A stretch of 64,000 nucleotides of DNA from contig NC_042997.1 of the NCBI RefSeq assembly GCF_006345805.1, positions 113,460,001 through 113,524,000 on the forward strand, given 5' to 3'. Each line of letters begins with the position of its first letter. The stretch's first letter is position 1. The notes below the pieces were generated by a model. The model was not told the origin of the DNA and ran no database searches. It saw nothing but the letters and a program-made list of their open reading frames with translations. The stretch comes from Octopus sinensis. Lineage: Eukaryota. The position numbers and the translations under genes were made by a program. Of the stretch, positions 25,850-40,654 are shown piece after piece.

Positions 25850-26315
25850 ATACATAGACAGACAGCTAGATAGATAGACAGATACATAGACAGACAGCTA
25901 GATAGACAAACAGATAGATAGAAAGATAGACAGCTAGATTGAAAGGTAGACAGATATGTAGATAGACAAACAGATAGGTAGAAAGACAGACAGCTAGATA
26001 GTTAGACAGATATGTAGATAGATATATAGATAGATAGGCAGACACGTAGATAGATAGATGATAGATAGGCAGATAGCTAGATAGATAACTAGATCGGCAG
26101 ATAGCTAGATAGATAAATAGATAGATAGGCAAATAGCTTAATAGATAAATAGATAGGCAGATAGATAGATAGACAGATAGGCAGATAGATAGATAGATAG
26201 ACAGATAGATAGAGAGGCAGATAGATAGACAGATAGATAGATAGGCAGATAGATATATAGAGAGATAGGCAGATAGATAGATAGACAGGCAGACAGATAG
26301 CAGATAGATTGATTG
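25850..26315. repeat. Degenerate (GATA/GACA/GGCA)n microsatellite
   Basis: Directly visible. Confidence 0.95.
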
Positions 26316-26957
26316 ATTGTCCAGGCTTCTTTCAGTCTCCATCTACCAAATTAACTTTGGTTGGCTGGGAGTGGGTGTATACTTGGAAACATTTGTCCGG
26401 GCTGGTGCGTATTGAAGCTGAACCCAAAACCATAGGGTTGCAAAATTAGTTTCTTAATCACGCAGCCATGCCTGCACCTGTTTTGTAATTAAAACCAGAA
26501 TAAATATATTCCCTTTGTTGGATTTTTGGTTTGAAGTCATCAAATTATGAATTCCTAAAGACAAGGAATTTTAATGAAGAACGATAGCAAATATTCCATT
26601 GTTGCTGATAATAACTTGAACACTGTTGCCATTGAAATCTTGACTAATTAATACCATAAATTATTAAAATTAATTCCTGTTTAATAATGGATCATTGTTT
26701 TATTTAATTTAAACCTCTCCAAAGATATTTACTGAGAATTCTTAATTATTTTGATAAAACTTTCTCTAAATGAAGTTTGAGCATCATTACTGCTAGAAAC
26801 TTTAATAATGGCCGAGTGTATTGTTGCTTTTGACACTCGTATCTCAGAGCATTGAGAAACAAACAAGCTGTTGATATTGTAATAGCAGCACAATGGCTAT
26901 TTCTATCATAAGATTAAAACACTGACTATTATTATTTTAATAATCCTTTCAAATTAA

Positions 26958-27680
26958 GGCGGCAAGCTGGCAGAAGTGTTAGCTTCCCGGGCAATATGCT
27001 TAGCGGTATTTTGTCTGCCAAGGTCGACTTTGCCTTTCATCCTTTCAGGGTCAATAAATTAAGTACCAGTTGCGCACTGGGGTCGATCTAATTGACTGCC
27101 CCCCTCCCCCAAACTTTCAGGCATTGTGCCTAGAGTAGAAAAGAAAAGAATATTAAGATACTGGCAAGCTGGCAGAAACGTTAGCACGCCAGGTGAAATG
27201 CTTAACGGTATTTTGTCTGTCTTTACGTTCTGAGTTCAAATTCTGCCGAGGTCAATAAATTGAGCACCAGTTGCGTACTGGGGTCGATCTAATCTAGAGT
27301 AGAAAAGAATATTAAGACACTGGCTATTATTATTTTTAATATTGGTTTCAAATTTTGGCATAAGGCCAGCAGTTTCGAGGGAGGGGGTAAGTTGATTATA
27401 TCAACACCAGTACGTGACTGGTATTTACTTTATCAGCCCCAAAAGGGTGAAAGGCTAAGTTGATCTTGGCGGAATTATTACTATTACAATGCTGGAAGGT
27501 GGTGAACTGGCAGAATCATTAGCATGCAGGGCGAAATGCTTAGCAGCATTTCGTTTGTCTTTATGTTCTGTGTTCAAATTCTGTGATAAAAGAAGGACCA
27601 ATTGAACACTGGGGTCAATGTAATCAACTTAACCGCCTTCCAAAATTGCTGGCCCTGTGCCAAAATTTGAAGCCATTATT
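26958..27680. mobile_element. Cluster of SINE A copies and fragments
   Basis: Heads at ~26958, ~27162 and ~27498, with an inverted fragment at 27340-27475. Confidence 0.7.
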
Positions 27681-27699
27681 ACTGTTGCCTCTTAATTCT

Positions 27700-28045
27700 T
27701 TTCCTTTTACTCTTTCACTTGTTTCAGTCATTTGACTGTGGCCATGCTGGAGCACCACCTTTACTTGAATAAATTGACCTCAGGACTTATTCTTTGTAAG
27801 CCTAGTACTTATTCTATCGGGCTCTTTTTGCCAAACTGCTAAGTTATGGAAACGTAAATACACCAACATCGGTTGTCAAATGATGGTGAGGGGACAAACA
27901 CAGATGCACAAATATATATACAAATATATATACACATGACAGGCTTCTTTCAGTTTCCATCTACCAAATCTACTCACAAGGCTTTGGTTCGCCTAAGGCT
28001 ATAGTAGAAGACACACTTTCCAAGGTGCCATGCAGTGGATATATA

Positions 28046-28084
<39 letters not shown>

Positions 28085-28117
28085 TATAATATATATATAT
28101 ATATTATATATATATAG

Positions 28118-28167
<50 letters not shown>

Positions 28168-29060
28168 GCTTCTTCCAGTTTCCATCTACCAGATCCACTC
28201 ACAAGGCTTTGGTTGGCCTGAGGCTTTAGAAGAAAACACTTGCCCAAGGTGCCACACAGTGGGACTGAACCTGGAAACATGTGGTTGGGGAAGCAAGCTT
28301 CTTACCACACACCCACTCCTGCACCTGTATTTATTTTATATTTATATAACTCAAAACCTAAAAATATGATTAATTAAGGTGAAGCATTATTTGTACAATA
28401 TTTTCTCATGTGAATAAAATATATAACTGCATAAAATCATATTGCATGGGTAATTGACACCTGAAAGAAATATTAAAAGAAAATACACTGGCTCAGATGT
28501 GACTGTGTGGTTAAGAAGCTTGCTTCCTGACCACATGGTCCTGGGTTCAGTCCCACTGTGCAGTACCTTGGGCAAATGCTTTATACTTTAGTCTCAGGCC
28601 AGCCCAAGCTTTGTGAGTAGATTTCATAGGCGTAGAAGTGGCTGTGTGGTAAGTAGCTTGCTTACAAACCACATGGTTCTGGGTTCAGTCCCACTGTGTG
28701 GCACCTTGGGCAAATGTCTTCTGCTATAGTCTCAGGCCTACCAAAGCCTTGTGAGTGGATTTGGTAGACGGAAACTGAAAGAAGCCTGTCATATATATGT
28801 ATATATATATGTGTGTGTGTATATGTTTGTGTGTCTGTGTTTGTCCTTCCAACATCACTTGATAACCGATGCTGGTGTGTTTACATCCCTGTAACTTAGC
28901 GGTTTGACAAAAGAGACCGATAGAATAAGTACTAGGCTTACAAAGAATAAGTCCTGGGGTCAGTTGCTCGACTAAAGATGGTGCTCCAGCATGGCCACAG
29001 TCAAATGACTGAAAACAAGTAAAAGAGTAAAGAGACAGAAACTGAAAGAAGCTTCTCACA
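27700..29060. mobile_element. Divergently oriented SINE B copies (27700-28330 minus, 28490-29060 plus), each with a duplicated 5' part
   Basis: The head segment occurs twice in each copy. A (TA)n tract lies at 28038-28162. Confidence 0.75.
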
Positions 29061-30039
29061 TACACATTCATGTGTGTGTGTAACCTTGACTTGCCATCAA
29101 GTGAAGGTTGTAAACAAGCCTCACAGTCATACAAGTGGTGTTGTTTATTTGTAGTCTTCTATGGAACACCTGTCTGGTCATGGCAAATAATTACATTGTC
29201 TGGAAATGAGTGAGGGTCGGTAACAGGAAGAGCATCCAGACATTGAAAATCTGCCTCATCAAATTCCATCTGATTCTCACAAGCATGTAAAAAGATAAAT
29301 GTTAAAATGATGATGATGATGATGATGACTCAAGCTCCTAAAAAAAACACAGGTACATGAAATTAGATATGGCTTTGTACAATGGCTGACTTGAAATTTA
29401 TTTAATCTTTCGTGAATGCTAAACAGCCTCTTTGTCTTTCATAATTTCTACATCATGTCTGTGTATGTATGTCTCTCTCTCTCTTTCTCTTTCTCTGTTC
29501 TCTCCCTCCCTCTTGCTCTCTCTCTCTGTCTCACTCTTCTCCCATGCCATGTCTTTATTTTCGTACACAAAGCTGTTGTACAACTCATTTCTCTGAGTGT
29601 GTATCTCATGTTTTGTTTTATAATCAGTTTAGAGTATTGATTGTTTTTACAGTATTCAGTTCAATGCTGGTAATTAATTATTCAATGTTAAGTGGGTGTG
29701 TGGGTGGAGGTTAATCCTCTGCCGGTGGAGGAGAGGTTCTCTATTTTCCTCGACTTGTTGTCATTCCTGTAGATGAAAAACAACCTTTGCTTTTATACAA
29801 AGTTATCAGCCATGATTTTAAACACAAACAATCAAGTAGACACAACCGAAGTTAATCCAGAAATTTCTAATATTTGGAGAAGGTTGGTGGGTGCCAGAAT
29901 TACTGCTGAAGAGTTGTGGATAGACAAGACTTTGCAGTGTTAAATTGCAATTCTTTGAGTTCAATTCTTGCCAAGGCCACCTTTGCCCTGGGTCTATTCA
30001 ATCAAGAATATCCTCCTTCTGGATTTCAAATTTGAGGTC

Positions 30040-31052
30040 TTGTGGCCAATGCCAGTACCCTCTGACTGGCCCCTGTGCTGGTGGCACGTAAAAAGCACCA
30101 ACTAAATGTGGCTGATGCCAGTACCCCCTGACTGGTCCCTGTGCTAGTAGCACATAAAAAACACTCACTACACTCTTGGAGTGGTTGGTGTTAGAAAGGG
30201 CATCCAGCTGTAGAAATACTGCCAGATCAGATTGGAGCTTGGTGCAGCCGCTGGCTCTCCAGACCTCAGTCAAACCGTGCAACCCTTGCCAGCATGGAAA
30301 ATGGACGTTAAACAATGATGATGATGATGTGTTCATTAAAAATCATTAATATTTACTTTTGTGGTCGTTAAAAATTGGTTTCAAACTTTGGCACAAGAAC
30401 AGCAGTTTCTGGGAAGGAGCCAGTCGATTGCATTGACCCCCCCCCCCCAGTGATCCACTGGTACTTATCTTATTGACCCTGAAAGGATGAAAGTCAAAGT
30501 TGCCCTCAGTGGAATTTGAACTCAGAATTTAAGGAGGAATGAAACACTGCTAAGCATTTTACCTGCTAACAATTCTGCCAGCTCTCCACCTTCTTGTGGT
30601 TGTTGAGTATTGATATCCAGTCCTGTGTTTGTTAAAAATCATTAATACTTAATCCTGTTTTCAATAAAAATTGTTTTGAGGAGACCTATTGAATCAAGTA
30701 CATCAACACCAACATCAAAATAAAAATTAAATGGAAATTGTAGTTAAGATACCTGTGCCGGTGACACGTAAAAAGCACCATCCGAATGTGGCAGATGCCA
30801 GCACCGCCTTACTGGCGTCCGTGTCGGTGACACATAAAAGCACCAACCAATCGTGACCGTTTGCCAGCCTCCTCTAGCCCCTGTGCCAGTGGCACATAAA
30901 AAGCACTCACGGAGTAGTTGGCATTAGGAAGGGCATCCAGCTGTAGAAACACTGCCAGATCAGACTGGAGCAGCCTCCTGGCTTCCTAGACCCTGGTCGA
31001 ACCATCCAACCCATGCCAGCATGGAAAACGGATGTTAAACTATGATGATGAT
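30040..31052 (+). mobile_element. Two SINE C copies (30040-30328 and 30700-31052) around an inverted SINE A
   Basis: Repeated gtgccggtggcacgtaaaaagcacc modules, ggaagggcatccagctgtagaaa and (GAT)n tails. Confidence 0.75.
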
Positions 31053-31649
31053 AGTCTTGTGTTTGTTGAAATTCATTAATATTTAGTTCTGTGTTCATTA
31101 AAAGATGTTAGTATTTAGTCTTCTGTTCAATATTTCGTCACAGTCGTTCAGATTGCTGTTTCATGTTTGGTTCTAACCTGCCGTACATAACATCCTGGAC
31201 AACACATTAAACTTCATCCAGTGGTGTGACTCCAGCTTGGTCGAAGTTTCAGAGAATATGAATTTACCCCTTAATTGCCATTAATCTCAGATCCAACCTG
31301 TCCCAGTTATAGGGTCAAATAACAGTTAGTTCCAAGGCTAAAGTATACAGGACCCAGAAGAAGGCTGGCCTCTAGACATATCACACAAACCCTCGGTCTG
31401 TGGATGTGCTCCCCCACCAATGTCCTTTGAGCCAGTTCCTCTGTTTAAGGGTTAAATAAGGTCCTGTGTTTCAAGGGTAAAACTTGGGAGAACAGAGTAA
31501 GCAATAAATAAACTGGCAGAAGGTGAAGAGAACAACCATTTGGTGTAGCTTTCTAAGTAAAATCATGAATATTTAGACTTTGGAATGGAAGTCCATGATC
31601 ACTGACATCTATATAGGTGTGGCACAGGGAGACCCTGACCTGAGAGAGC

Positions 31650-31905
31650 ATTCACCTGGGGTGGGTTGAGCTGGCTTCATTCATCCTCAATGCTGCATCT
31701 CTCACAAACACCGACCAGGCCTGGCGATTTTAGGCTAACGACCGCGTGATCTCCAACCACTCTTATTCCAGCGGCAAATGCCGTAGATATGGGGGCCTAG
31801 GTTGGGTTCCAGATCAGCCTTGACCGTCATCAGCCAGGTTTTTCGTTGTCCACTACATCGCTTTCGCCAACCCTGAAGGGAAGCTGGGGCAATTGCTTCG
31901 TAGGC
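31650..31905 (-). mobile_element. RTE-like LINE ORF 3' remnant
   Basis: GWRKRCSGQRKTWLMTVKADLE followed by NRQAWSVFVRD resembles the GxRxxGRPRKTW...DL...W...DRxxW tail of RTE-clade ORFs. Confidence 0.6.
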
Positions 31906-33109
31906 ACAGGGAGAGAGAAAAAGACATGGACAGAGAGAGAGAGAAACACAGACAGGCAAAGGGAGAGACAGAGACATAGTGAGAGAGAGAGAGAAAGAGA
32001 TGTTTTTACTTATGTAGAGGGTAAAATATAGACAAGGTTTGATCTCAGAAGGTTGAGGTCCTGAGAATAGATCTACCTGTTTTATGTTCAAACCAGCTAG
32101 ATCAGGCTTCTTGCACCTACCCTACAATGTTATTTTAAAAAAACCAACAATCACATCATCAAAATCTCAAAGCTATGAGATAATGCATGATTAACTCAAA
32201 CCAATGTGAATAAATAGACATTACATTTGACAGAGTAATCTGAATGCTGAAAAGTTAATACAGGGCATATAGGGGGTGGGGCACAATGAGAAAAAAAGTG
32301 AGATTACTGCTGTTACTTTTGTTGTTTAGCCACAGGTCAGGGATTAGCAGATATATCACTAAAGGTATTTCTGCTCTGATCATTTTGTTTTGTGTTGGTG
32401 CTTTTTGCACTACATTTTCTAATGTGTTGAACATCCCAAGTGAAGTGTGATTTCAAAGAGATTTTGCTGTTGTTTCTAGCAGATCGTTTGACCATGTTAT
32501 CTGAAAGTAGAGAAGTAAGTGGAAATGGTATGCAGTAAGCTACTTTAGAAGAGCAGAGGTGGTGGTGGTAGTGGAGGTAGTGGTAGAAATGACTAACAAG
32601 AAATGACATGTTTTTTAGCCAATGGTCAGTGTACTTTGTCCGGTCACCTGAATGGTGTTTGGGATGGTGGGGTGTGGGTGTTCAATGGGTTAAGTATTTC
32701 TTGACTTGAAGAGGCAAAAAAACTTACTCTTTGAGATACTGTTTTTGCCCATCAAAGTGTACAAAACTAAACGAGTGGCTACAAGGCCACCTATTCAATT
32801 AGAATTTTAATTTACTTAATTAATTTTACTTCATGCAATTTTTAACATTCACTTTATATTAGAATAATATAACAAGGGAGCCAAATCTCCCTTAAACGAA
32901 GCTGTGTCATAACATATTGGATGATAATGTCCTGAATACACCTTTCTAGAACAGACATGATGGTCATGGTTGGAAGATCTTTTTGTAGAGCATGTATGTC
33001 TATTTGCACTACCAAGACTGACCTGGGGTTAAACAATATCAACAGTGACAATTTTTTGTCCTTTTTAATGTTTATTTAAAGGAACACTATTTATAAAATA
33101 TATTTGAAA

Positions 33110-33507
33110 CTTGCAGTATAGCCCAGTGTTGCTCGGGCTTGTTTTCTTTTCGACCCTTTAGAATTGGAATTTTTGAAAAGTAAAAATTTTGCATTATGTA
33201 GCTTGTTATTCTCTTTAAGTGAAGATTCTTCTGGTTGAAATACACCGAAAAATGACAACATGGCAGTCAAAAAATCGTAAAAAATAGGGATTTTCATACA
33301 GAAAAAGCACCTTTTTGATGTAAATAATTTTTGGTCTTAACATGGTCCAATTTGAATTTTTTCTTCTACAGAAGGAAGAGCAAGCCTTCTTCTATCATAC
33401 ACTCAATTTTGGTCAACTTGCGCCGCAGGGTCTTGGAGGAGATGGTGTTAGTTGAAGGCTACCAAACCTGCCATACTCAGACAACTTCAGCTTTATATAT
33501 AGAAAGA
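33110..33507 (-). mobile_element. Non-autonomous Helitron
   Basis: The minus strand starts A|TCTTTCTATATATAAAG. It ends in the hairpin GCCCGAG-CAACA-CTGGGC followed by TATACTG-CAAG|T (one change from CTAG). It sits between A and T with no TSD. Confidence 0.7.
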
Positions 33508-34107
33508 TTGGCAAAACAACCCTTTAATAGAATCTAGATTGTTTGGTGAATATTACAAAAAACAAAATTCTGAAACTAAATTTAGTTTATTTTTAAAACA
33601 GTAAAAATAGATAAATTACTTTGAAACTATCCAAATATTATGATTATGCATCTGCAGCATAAAAAAGAAAAGACTTTACGTATTAGAATCGATTAATTTT
33701 AAACTTGGCATGCTACTTCACAACAGTTATTTGGTAAAGGTGGTACATAAAACGTTACTAAGATAATGGACTGCATCAATGCTTCTCCAACTTTATTTTA
33801 GCTCTCACCTTGCCTCCCTTTTTTACTAACACTTTTTCTATGCCCCCCTCGCTATATGCACACATGTTGTGATGTTACCTCATGCTACAAGTGCAGTGGC
33901 TGCCTTTATTGTATGTATGGAAATACCCACAAATTTTGACTGTCTCTTAAACTTTGTTTAAAATTTTGTTTATAATATATGTGGTTTATATATATATATA
34001 TTATTTTTAACTTATTCACATGTGGACATCTAATATTTTTGTTGATGTTGTTATTGCCTTTGTTTTTGTAATGGAAGTTACCAAGCAGGCTATCATAATA
34101 TTACATT

Positions 34108-34520
34108 TATACTCTTTTACTCGTTTCAGTTGACTGTGGCCATGCTGGAGCACTGCTTTTAGTTGAGCAAATCGACCCCAGGACTTATTCTTTGTAAGCC
34201 TAGTACTTTTTCTTTCGGTCTCTTTTGCCGAACCGCTAAGTTACAGAGACGTAAACACACCAGCATCGGTTGTCAAGCGATGTTGGGGGGACAAACACAG
34301 ACACACAAACATATACACACTCACACAAATACATATATATATGTATATACATATATACAATGGGCCTCTTTCAGTTTCCGTCTACCAAATCCACTGACAA
34401 GGCTTTGGTCAGCCCAAGGCTATAGTAGAATACACTTGCCCAAGGTGCCATGCAGTGGGACTGAACCCAGAACCATGTGGTTGGTAAGCAAGCTACTTAC
34501 CACACAGCCACTCATACGCT
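34108..34520 (-). mobile_element. SINE family B, full length
   Basis: Reverse complement of 7962-8403. Confidence 0.85.
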
Positions 34521-35090
34521 TATAATATATTTTTTTTGAAAGTTAATATTGAATTATGAGACAAAGACTAAAACAAAATTTTACAGTTGTATCTATCACC
34601 CCCCCTCCAGCTCATACACCCCCTTTATCTCTAGTACTTGTTAAATTTTTCCACTGCCCTGTCCCCACCCTTATCCTAACTTTTTCCGATTCTTGTTACA
34701 TTTCTCTGAGTGTGTGTAGCATAAATCAAACTCTCTTACAAGTGAGATAACTTTGTATAATGTGAGAAAGATAAATGTTTTGATGTTTCTGGCAAGTGCC
34801 ATAAAAGAATGAATGAGAAGTGTTTTTGGAAAGTTGTGAATGAAGTTGAGAAAATGTTCTTTGATTTCTTTCACCCTTTTGATATCAAACCACCACCACC
34901 ACCACCAGATTCTTTTGTACAAACTCCTTGTTTTAAAGTGACCTAAATTAAAACCTACCAGGAAATCTTCATGTTAATTTGTATTCTGAATATCAGCTTG
35001 AAAATTCCAAAGTTATTATTTCCAAAATTAATTGAAACATCAATGAATTTCAGTAGAAACATGGTAACAAAAGAGTTAATGTTGGAGCTC

Positions 35091-35400
35091 ACCTCTATCA
35101 CTGCAACATAAAACTTATCTGAATTTATAAGTTTTAGTAATGGGTTTCTCTGTTTTTGCACCAACACCCACCATTATTGGTTTACTCAGATTCTAGGTTT
35201 ACATGTTTGGTGTCAGAAAGCTGTGAATGAAGTTAAGAAACTATTCCTCAATCTCTTTAATGCCATAACTTACCTCTTTCATTGCACCGCAACATAAAGC
35301 TTATCTGAATTTACAAACTTTAGTAAATTTTATTTTTATTTTTTGCCAACACTCACTACTATTGGTTTACTCACATTCTAGGTTTACGTGTCTGTCTGTG
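35091..35400. repeat. Old tandem duplication (~180-bp period)
   Basis: gcaacataaa.cttatctgaattta...tattggtttactca.attctaggtttac occurs starting at ~35091 and ~35272. Confidence 0.7.
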
Positions 35401-35721
35401 TGTATTTTCCTTTACTGTTTAAGCACCGTTACAGATAGCAAGTCAACGATTTCATTTTTAGGTTTAATGTTAGATTTTACATCAAATCCACTTAGTAAAT
35501 CTGACACTGGTTGTTGGACTTTTTTTTTTCTTTCACTGTTCCACACTTTATTGATTTTAAAGTAATGGTTTCCGAATGTTTCTGTTTATTCATGGCACAC
35601 TAATAAAAATGAATAAAAATATTTTGGTTTGCTTTGTATATAAAGTAAAATGAAAAAATGTATCAGAAAAAGGTATTTTATATAAATATATATATATATA
35701 TGTAGATAGATAGATAGATAG

Positions 35722-35782
<61 letters not shown>

Positions 35783-36542
35783 TCTGTAAATATTTAAACT
35801 ACGGAAAATTATAAAATTTTTTACTCTTTTATACATTAAATAAAGCATAATTCCCAATATTTTATGTCTAGAATTTAGTTTTTATTTGTCAAACTTTTAA
35901 ATATAATATTGCTATTTCCACAATGCACCTAGTTACATCTCACAACATATCATTTGGAAATCATTGCTTTAAGTTGTTTGTTACCATTTTTAATTTAGTA
36001 AAATATCTCTATCATTATTAGTGTTTGGGACATAAACTAAAATGGAATTTTGATGGATGGTTTTAATTTGGATCACTTTAACCCTTTTGTTACCATACTT
36101 GTTGAAATACTCTGCCTTTGTTTCAATTAATTTTGAAACTCTTTTGCTAAATGTTGAACAAGAATGGCATTATTAACTCATCGATCCATTATCCCATCTA
36201 AACAAGAAGTCAACACTGAAATCTTCAATTATAAAGTAATGGATTTTGTTACAGATGTTTTGGAAACCTATTGATATCAAACAAATATTTTTTTTCTCTC
36301 TGGAAAGTTCTATGGGGGAAACACACAGTGAATTTCATCATCATCATCATTGTCATTGTTGTTGTTGTTTAATGTCTATCTCTGTCTATGCTTTTGTCTA
36401 TGCATCAAACAGAATTTATGGAAGCAGATTTTCTACAGCTGGATACTCTTCCTGTTGCCAACCCGCACCTTGGCCAGACATGTGTTTCCCAGAAGACTGC
36501 AAATGAATAGCAGTTGCTTGTAAGATGGTGATGCTTATTTAA

Positions 36543-36775
36543 GGGCAGCGAGCTGGCAGAATTGTTAGCACGCTGGGCGAAATGCTTTGCAGTATTTTGT
36601 CTGCCGTTATGTTCTGAGTTCAAATTTCGCCAAGGTCTACTTTGCCTTTCATCCTTTCGGGGTCAATTAAATAAGTACCAGTTATGCACTGGGGTCAATA
36701 TAATCAACTTAATCCGTTTGTCTGTCCTTGTTTGTCCTCTCTGTGTTTAGCCCCTTGTGGGTAGTAAAGAAATAG
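36543..36775 (+). mobile_element. SINE A nested in an older SINE, 15-bp TSD
   Basis: ggtgatgcttattta and ggtgatgctcattta flank the copy. Confidence 0.85.
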
Positions 36776-37669
36776 GTGATGCTCATTTACAGCCATCACA
36801 TGATGTCAAGACAAAAATAAATACACAGGCTTCTTTCAGTTTCCGTCCATCACTCCGCTCACAAGCACTTGGTCAATCTGAGACTGCATTAGAAGACACC
36901 CCACAGATGCTGTACAGTGAGCCTGAACCCAAGAACACTTAGCTAGGAAGCAAACCATGACTGCAGATCTGTTTATGAAAAACGGAATTAAAAGAAGTGG
37001 AGCGAAATAAATGAAAATAAAAATCACAGCAGCCGCAACAATGGAATATTGTTATTTATCAATGAAGGAGAAACTTCCTTTTGAACCGAACAATAATCAC
37101 TTGACTGCTGCTATCATTGGTACTTGATGAGGAGCAGAAAATGTATTTTCTGTGAACCACTCCTTTCCGAACCAACTTCCTGAACTATAAACAGAGTGGG
37201 AAATATTTACTTCCAAATTTTGGTGTTCGTTGTTTATAGACTTTAAAATTATGTTAGAGTGTGTGTGTGTGCGATAGTGATGATACAGTAAATAGGGGAT
37301 TGATGGGAGAGAGAAATGGTATGTAGTTGGGTAGGTTGCTACAATGTGTGTCGTGGTTGTGTGGTAAGCAGCTTGCTTCCGAACCACATGGTTTTGGGTT
37401 CAGTCCCACTGTGGTACCTTTTCTACTATGTTTTCTACTATGGCCTCAGACTGACCAAAGTCAGCAATTTTTCAGCACTGCTTTGTGTATATATATATGT
37501 GTATGTATGTATGTGTGTATGTATGTATGTATGTATGTATGTATGTGTGTATATATATATAAATCAACATTTTAATATCCTAAAGCTGATGAACCAACTA
37601 ATGTGCTTCTCCATTTTCTTATTTGTAATAATAAATAAATAAATAAATATATATATATATATATATACC

Positions 37670-38590
37670 TTGAAATCAAATCAAATCAATCAAAAGCAAA
37701 ATCAAAATCAAATTTGATGACTGGCATCCGTGCTGGCAGGGTGCAAAGAGCACCATACGAGCATGATCATTGACAGAGCGGCTAGCCGGCTTCCATGCCA
37801 GTGGCACTTAAAGGGCACCATTCGAGTATGATCATTACCAGCGTCGCCTTACTGGCACTTGTGCCCATTCTAGTAGGGTGCCAAGAGCACCATCCGAGCG
37901 AGATCGTTGCCAGAGCAGCCAACTGGCTTCCGTGCCAGTGGCACGTAAAAGGTCACCATTCGAGCGTGATCATTACCAAAGTTGCCTTACTGGCACCTCT
38001 GCTGGTGGCATGTGTAAAAGGATTTGAGTGAGGTCGTTGCCAGTACCGTCTGACTGGACCCCGTGCCGGTGGCACATAAAAAGCACCCACTAAACTCTCG
38101 GAGTGGTTGGCATTAGGAAGGGCATCCAGCTGTAGAAACTCTGCCAAATCAAGATTGGAGCCTGGTGCAGCCATCTGGTTCGCCAGCCCTCAGTCAAAAT
38201 CGTCCAACCCATGCTAGCATGGAAAGAGGACGTTAAATGATGATGATATATATATATATATATATATATCACAGAGACAAGGTGGCTGAGCTCCTTTCAA
38301 ATGTTGGGCCTCACGGAGGCAATGACCAAAACCTTTGGCATTATGTCATGCTTGAGAAGAAGACCCATCAAGTCAAGCAAAATCGCTGTTATGGCAGATA
38401 CCGGTGTTATGCAAATGGCACCTGTGCCGGTGGCATGTAAAAGCACTCATTACATCCTCGGCATGGTTGGTGTTGGGAAGGGCATCCAGCCATAGAAAAC
38501 CATGCCAAATCAGACCGGAATTTGGTGTAGCCTTCAGTATGGCAGCCCAGTCAAACCGTCCAACCCATGCCAGCATGGACAACAGACATT
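37670..38590 (+). mobile_element. Long SINE C (37670-38246) with tandem hairpin modules, plus a second copy (38350-38590)
   Basis: Repeated gcaccattcgagcgtgatc and gtgccagtggcac units, then the family C core and (GAT)n tail. Confidence 0.75.
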
Positions 38591-39241
38591 ACACACACAC
38601 ACACACACACAGGTGAGTGGAGAAACAAAAGTATTCAACGCATTTAGTAGGAATTATATGTTATTATTTAAAACAGTTTGATTTGGGCCCCCAGGCAACT
38701 TAGTTTTGTAAGCTCCTTACAGGAACCTAGCTTGTCTGGTTCAGGTTATATCATGCAAATGACAAAGCTTCAAGATTATGCCTCATTAATTCAAAACAAT
38801 ATGAATAAATGAGCATTATGTTTGAGAGAGTAATGTAAATGGCAAACAGCTAGGTGTGAAACACAGATGGCTGTATGCACGCAGATGTGCACATGTGCAT
38901 TCACACACACACACATTCACACTCTGAGACCTTCACTGTTATATTGTTACCAAGTAGAATCATTCCAGTGATTGCAACAGTCATTTAAATCCTAAACCAT
39001 TATGCTTTGTCAATGGGATTATCACCCTACATTGGATTTCTGCAATGACAAATGTCCCCTTTATTGGCTGCTGTTTCATTTATTATTTATTTTTAATTCT
39101 TTGCCAAACTGCTAAGTTATGGGGATGTAAACAAACCAATACCAGCTGTCAAGTGGTGGTGGTGGACAAACACAGGTACAAAGACACACACACACACACA
39201 CACTCCGATGTCATCATCATCATCATCATCATCGTTTAACG

Positions 39242-39284
<43 letters not shown>

Positions 39285-40654
39285 TGCTGGTGTGGCAGTG
39301 TTGTAGGAAGTTTGCTTCTCAACCACATGGTTTTGGGTTCAGTCCCACAGTGACTGAATGTAGAGGGGACAAAGAAGAACAGACTAAGGGATTAAGTTGA
39401 TTGCATCGACCCCAGTGCATAACTGGTATTTATTTAGTTGACCCCAGTACGTAACTGATACTTATTTAATTGACCCCGAAAGGGTGAAAGGCAAAGTTAA
39501 CCTCGGCGGAACTCAGAATATAATGGCAGGCGAAATACAGATTAGCATTTCGCCCGGCATGCTAACGTTTCTGCCATCTTGTCGCTTTATACATCTGGAA
39601 ATATTGAAATGATATTTACATTGTTTTTCTGGTTTTTCTTTTTTCTTTTATCATTTCTTCTCTCAGTTTATTCCAGTCACTCATTCTAGCTCTGTGTGTG
39701 TGTGTGTGTGTTCTTGTTATGGATAACATTTTTCTAGTAATGTATCTATGTTTCATGATGTCCACTTCGCTGATGATGACATTGATGATGATGATGAAAA
39801 ATGCTGTTCTCTCCAGTTCTATGCTGGATCTATATGTCTTTCCTGATTATTACCGACATCTTGAAGAGACTTGTCAGAATACAGTAGCCATAATGAAATA
39901 GTCAGCAGCAAAGCCTATTAACTTCGCCTCAGTTCTCTGGAGCCAACATGTATTTGTGGATATAGAAAATATATTCCATACTTTCTCACTAAACCATTTT
40001 TTTTTTATTGTTTTGGTTTTTTTTTCTTTTTCCTTCCATTTGTTTTTGTTTCTTTTATTTATTTCTTTTTCCATCTCAGCTCTCTGCTTTAGATTCTTTG
40101 GTTGTTTCTTCCCCCCCCCCACCATAATTTTTATTTTTGCATCAGTCTGATAATAGCCAGAGCCATTTCTGCTGGAGAGGAGAATTTCCATTCGTTTCTG
40201 ATACTTATAAACACACACATAGACTGACTCATTCATACACACACACACTCACTCTCTCTCTCTCTGTGACCCATCCACATTCTCTCTTTCTCTTTGTGAC
40301 CGATCCACACGCACACTGACCCATTCACACACACACTCTGACCGACCTGTACACACATGCATCTGGGTCGCCAGATGGAATGTGTGTGCAAATACTTTAA
40401 CGAGATCTTGTAACCTTTTTATTTTTAGTATATCTTCAAAGAATTCCTCAAAGACAGAGAAAATATTTCTGCCTTTAAAATATTCTTTAGAAACACCTAA
40501 ACTCAGTTTAAATATATTGAGACAATAGAATCCATGCCAGCATCAAACACACCTGTCAAATGATGATGATGATGATGGTGATGATGTTGCTCTAGTTTAC
40601 CTGGATATAAGGAGGCAAACTAGCAAAGCTGTTAGCATGCCAGGTAAAATGCCT

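Noticed and set aside
39698-39901. 67-aa Met-rich ORF
   Set aside because: It is built around TG and GAT microsatellites and has no recognisable domain.
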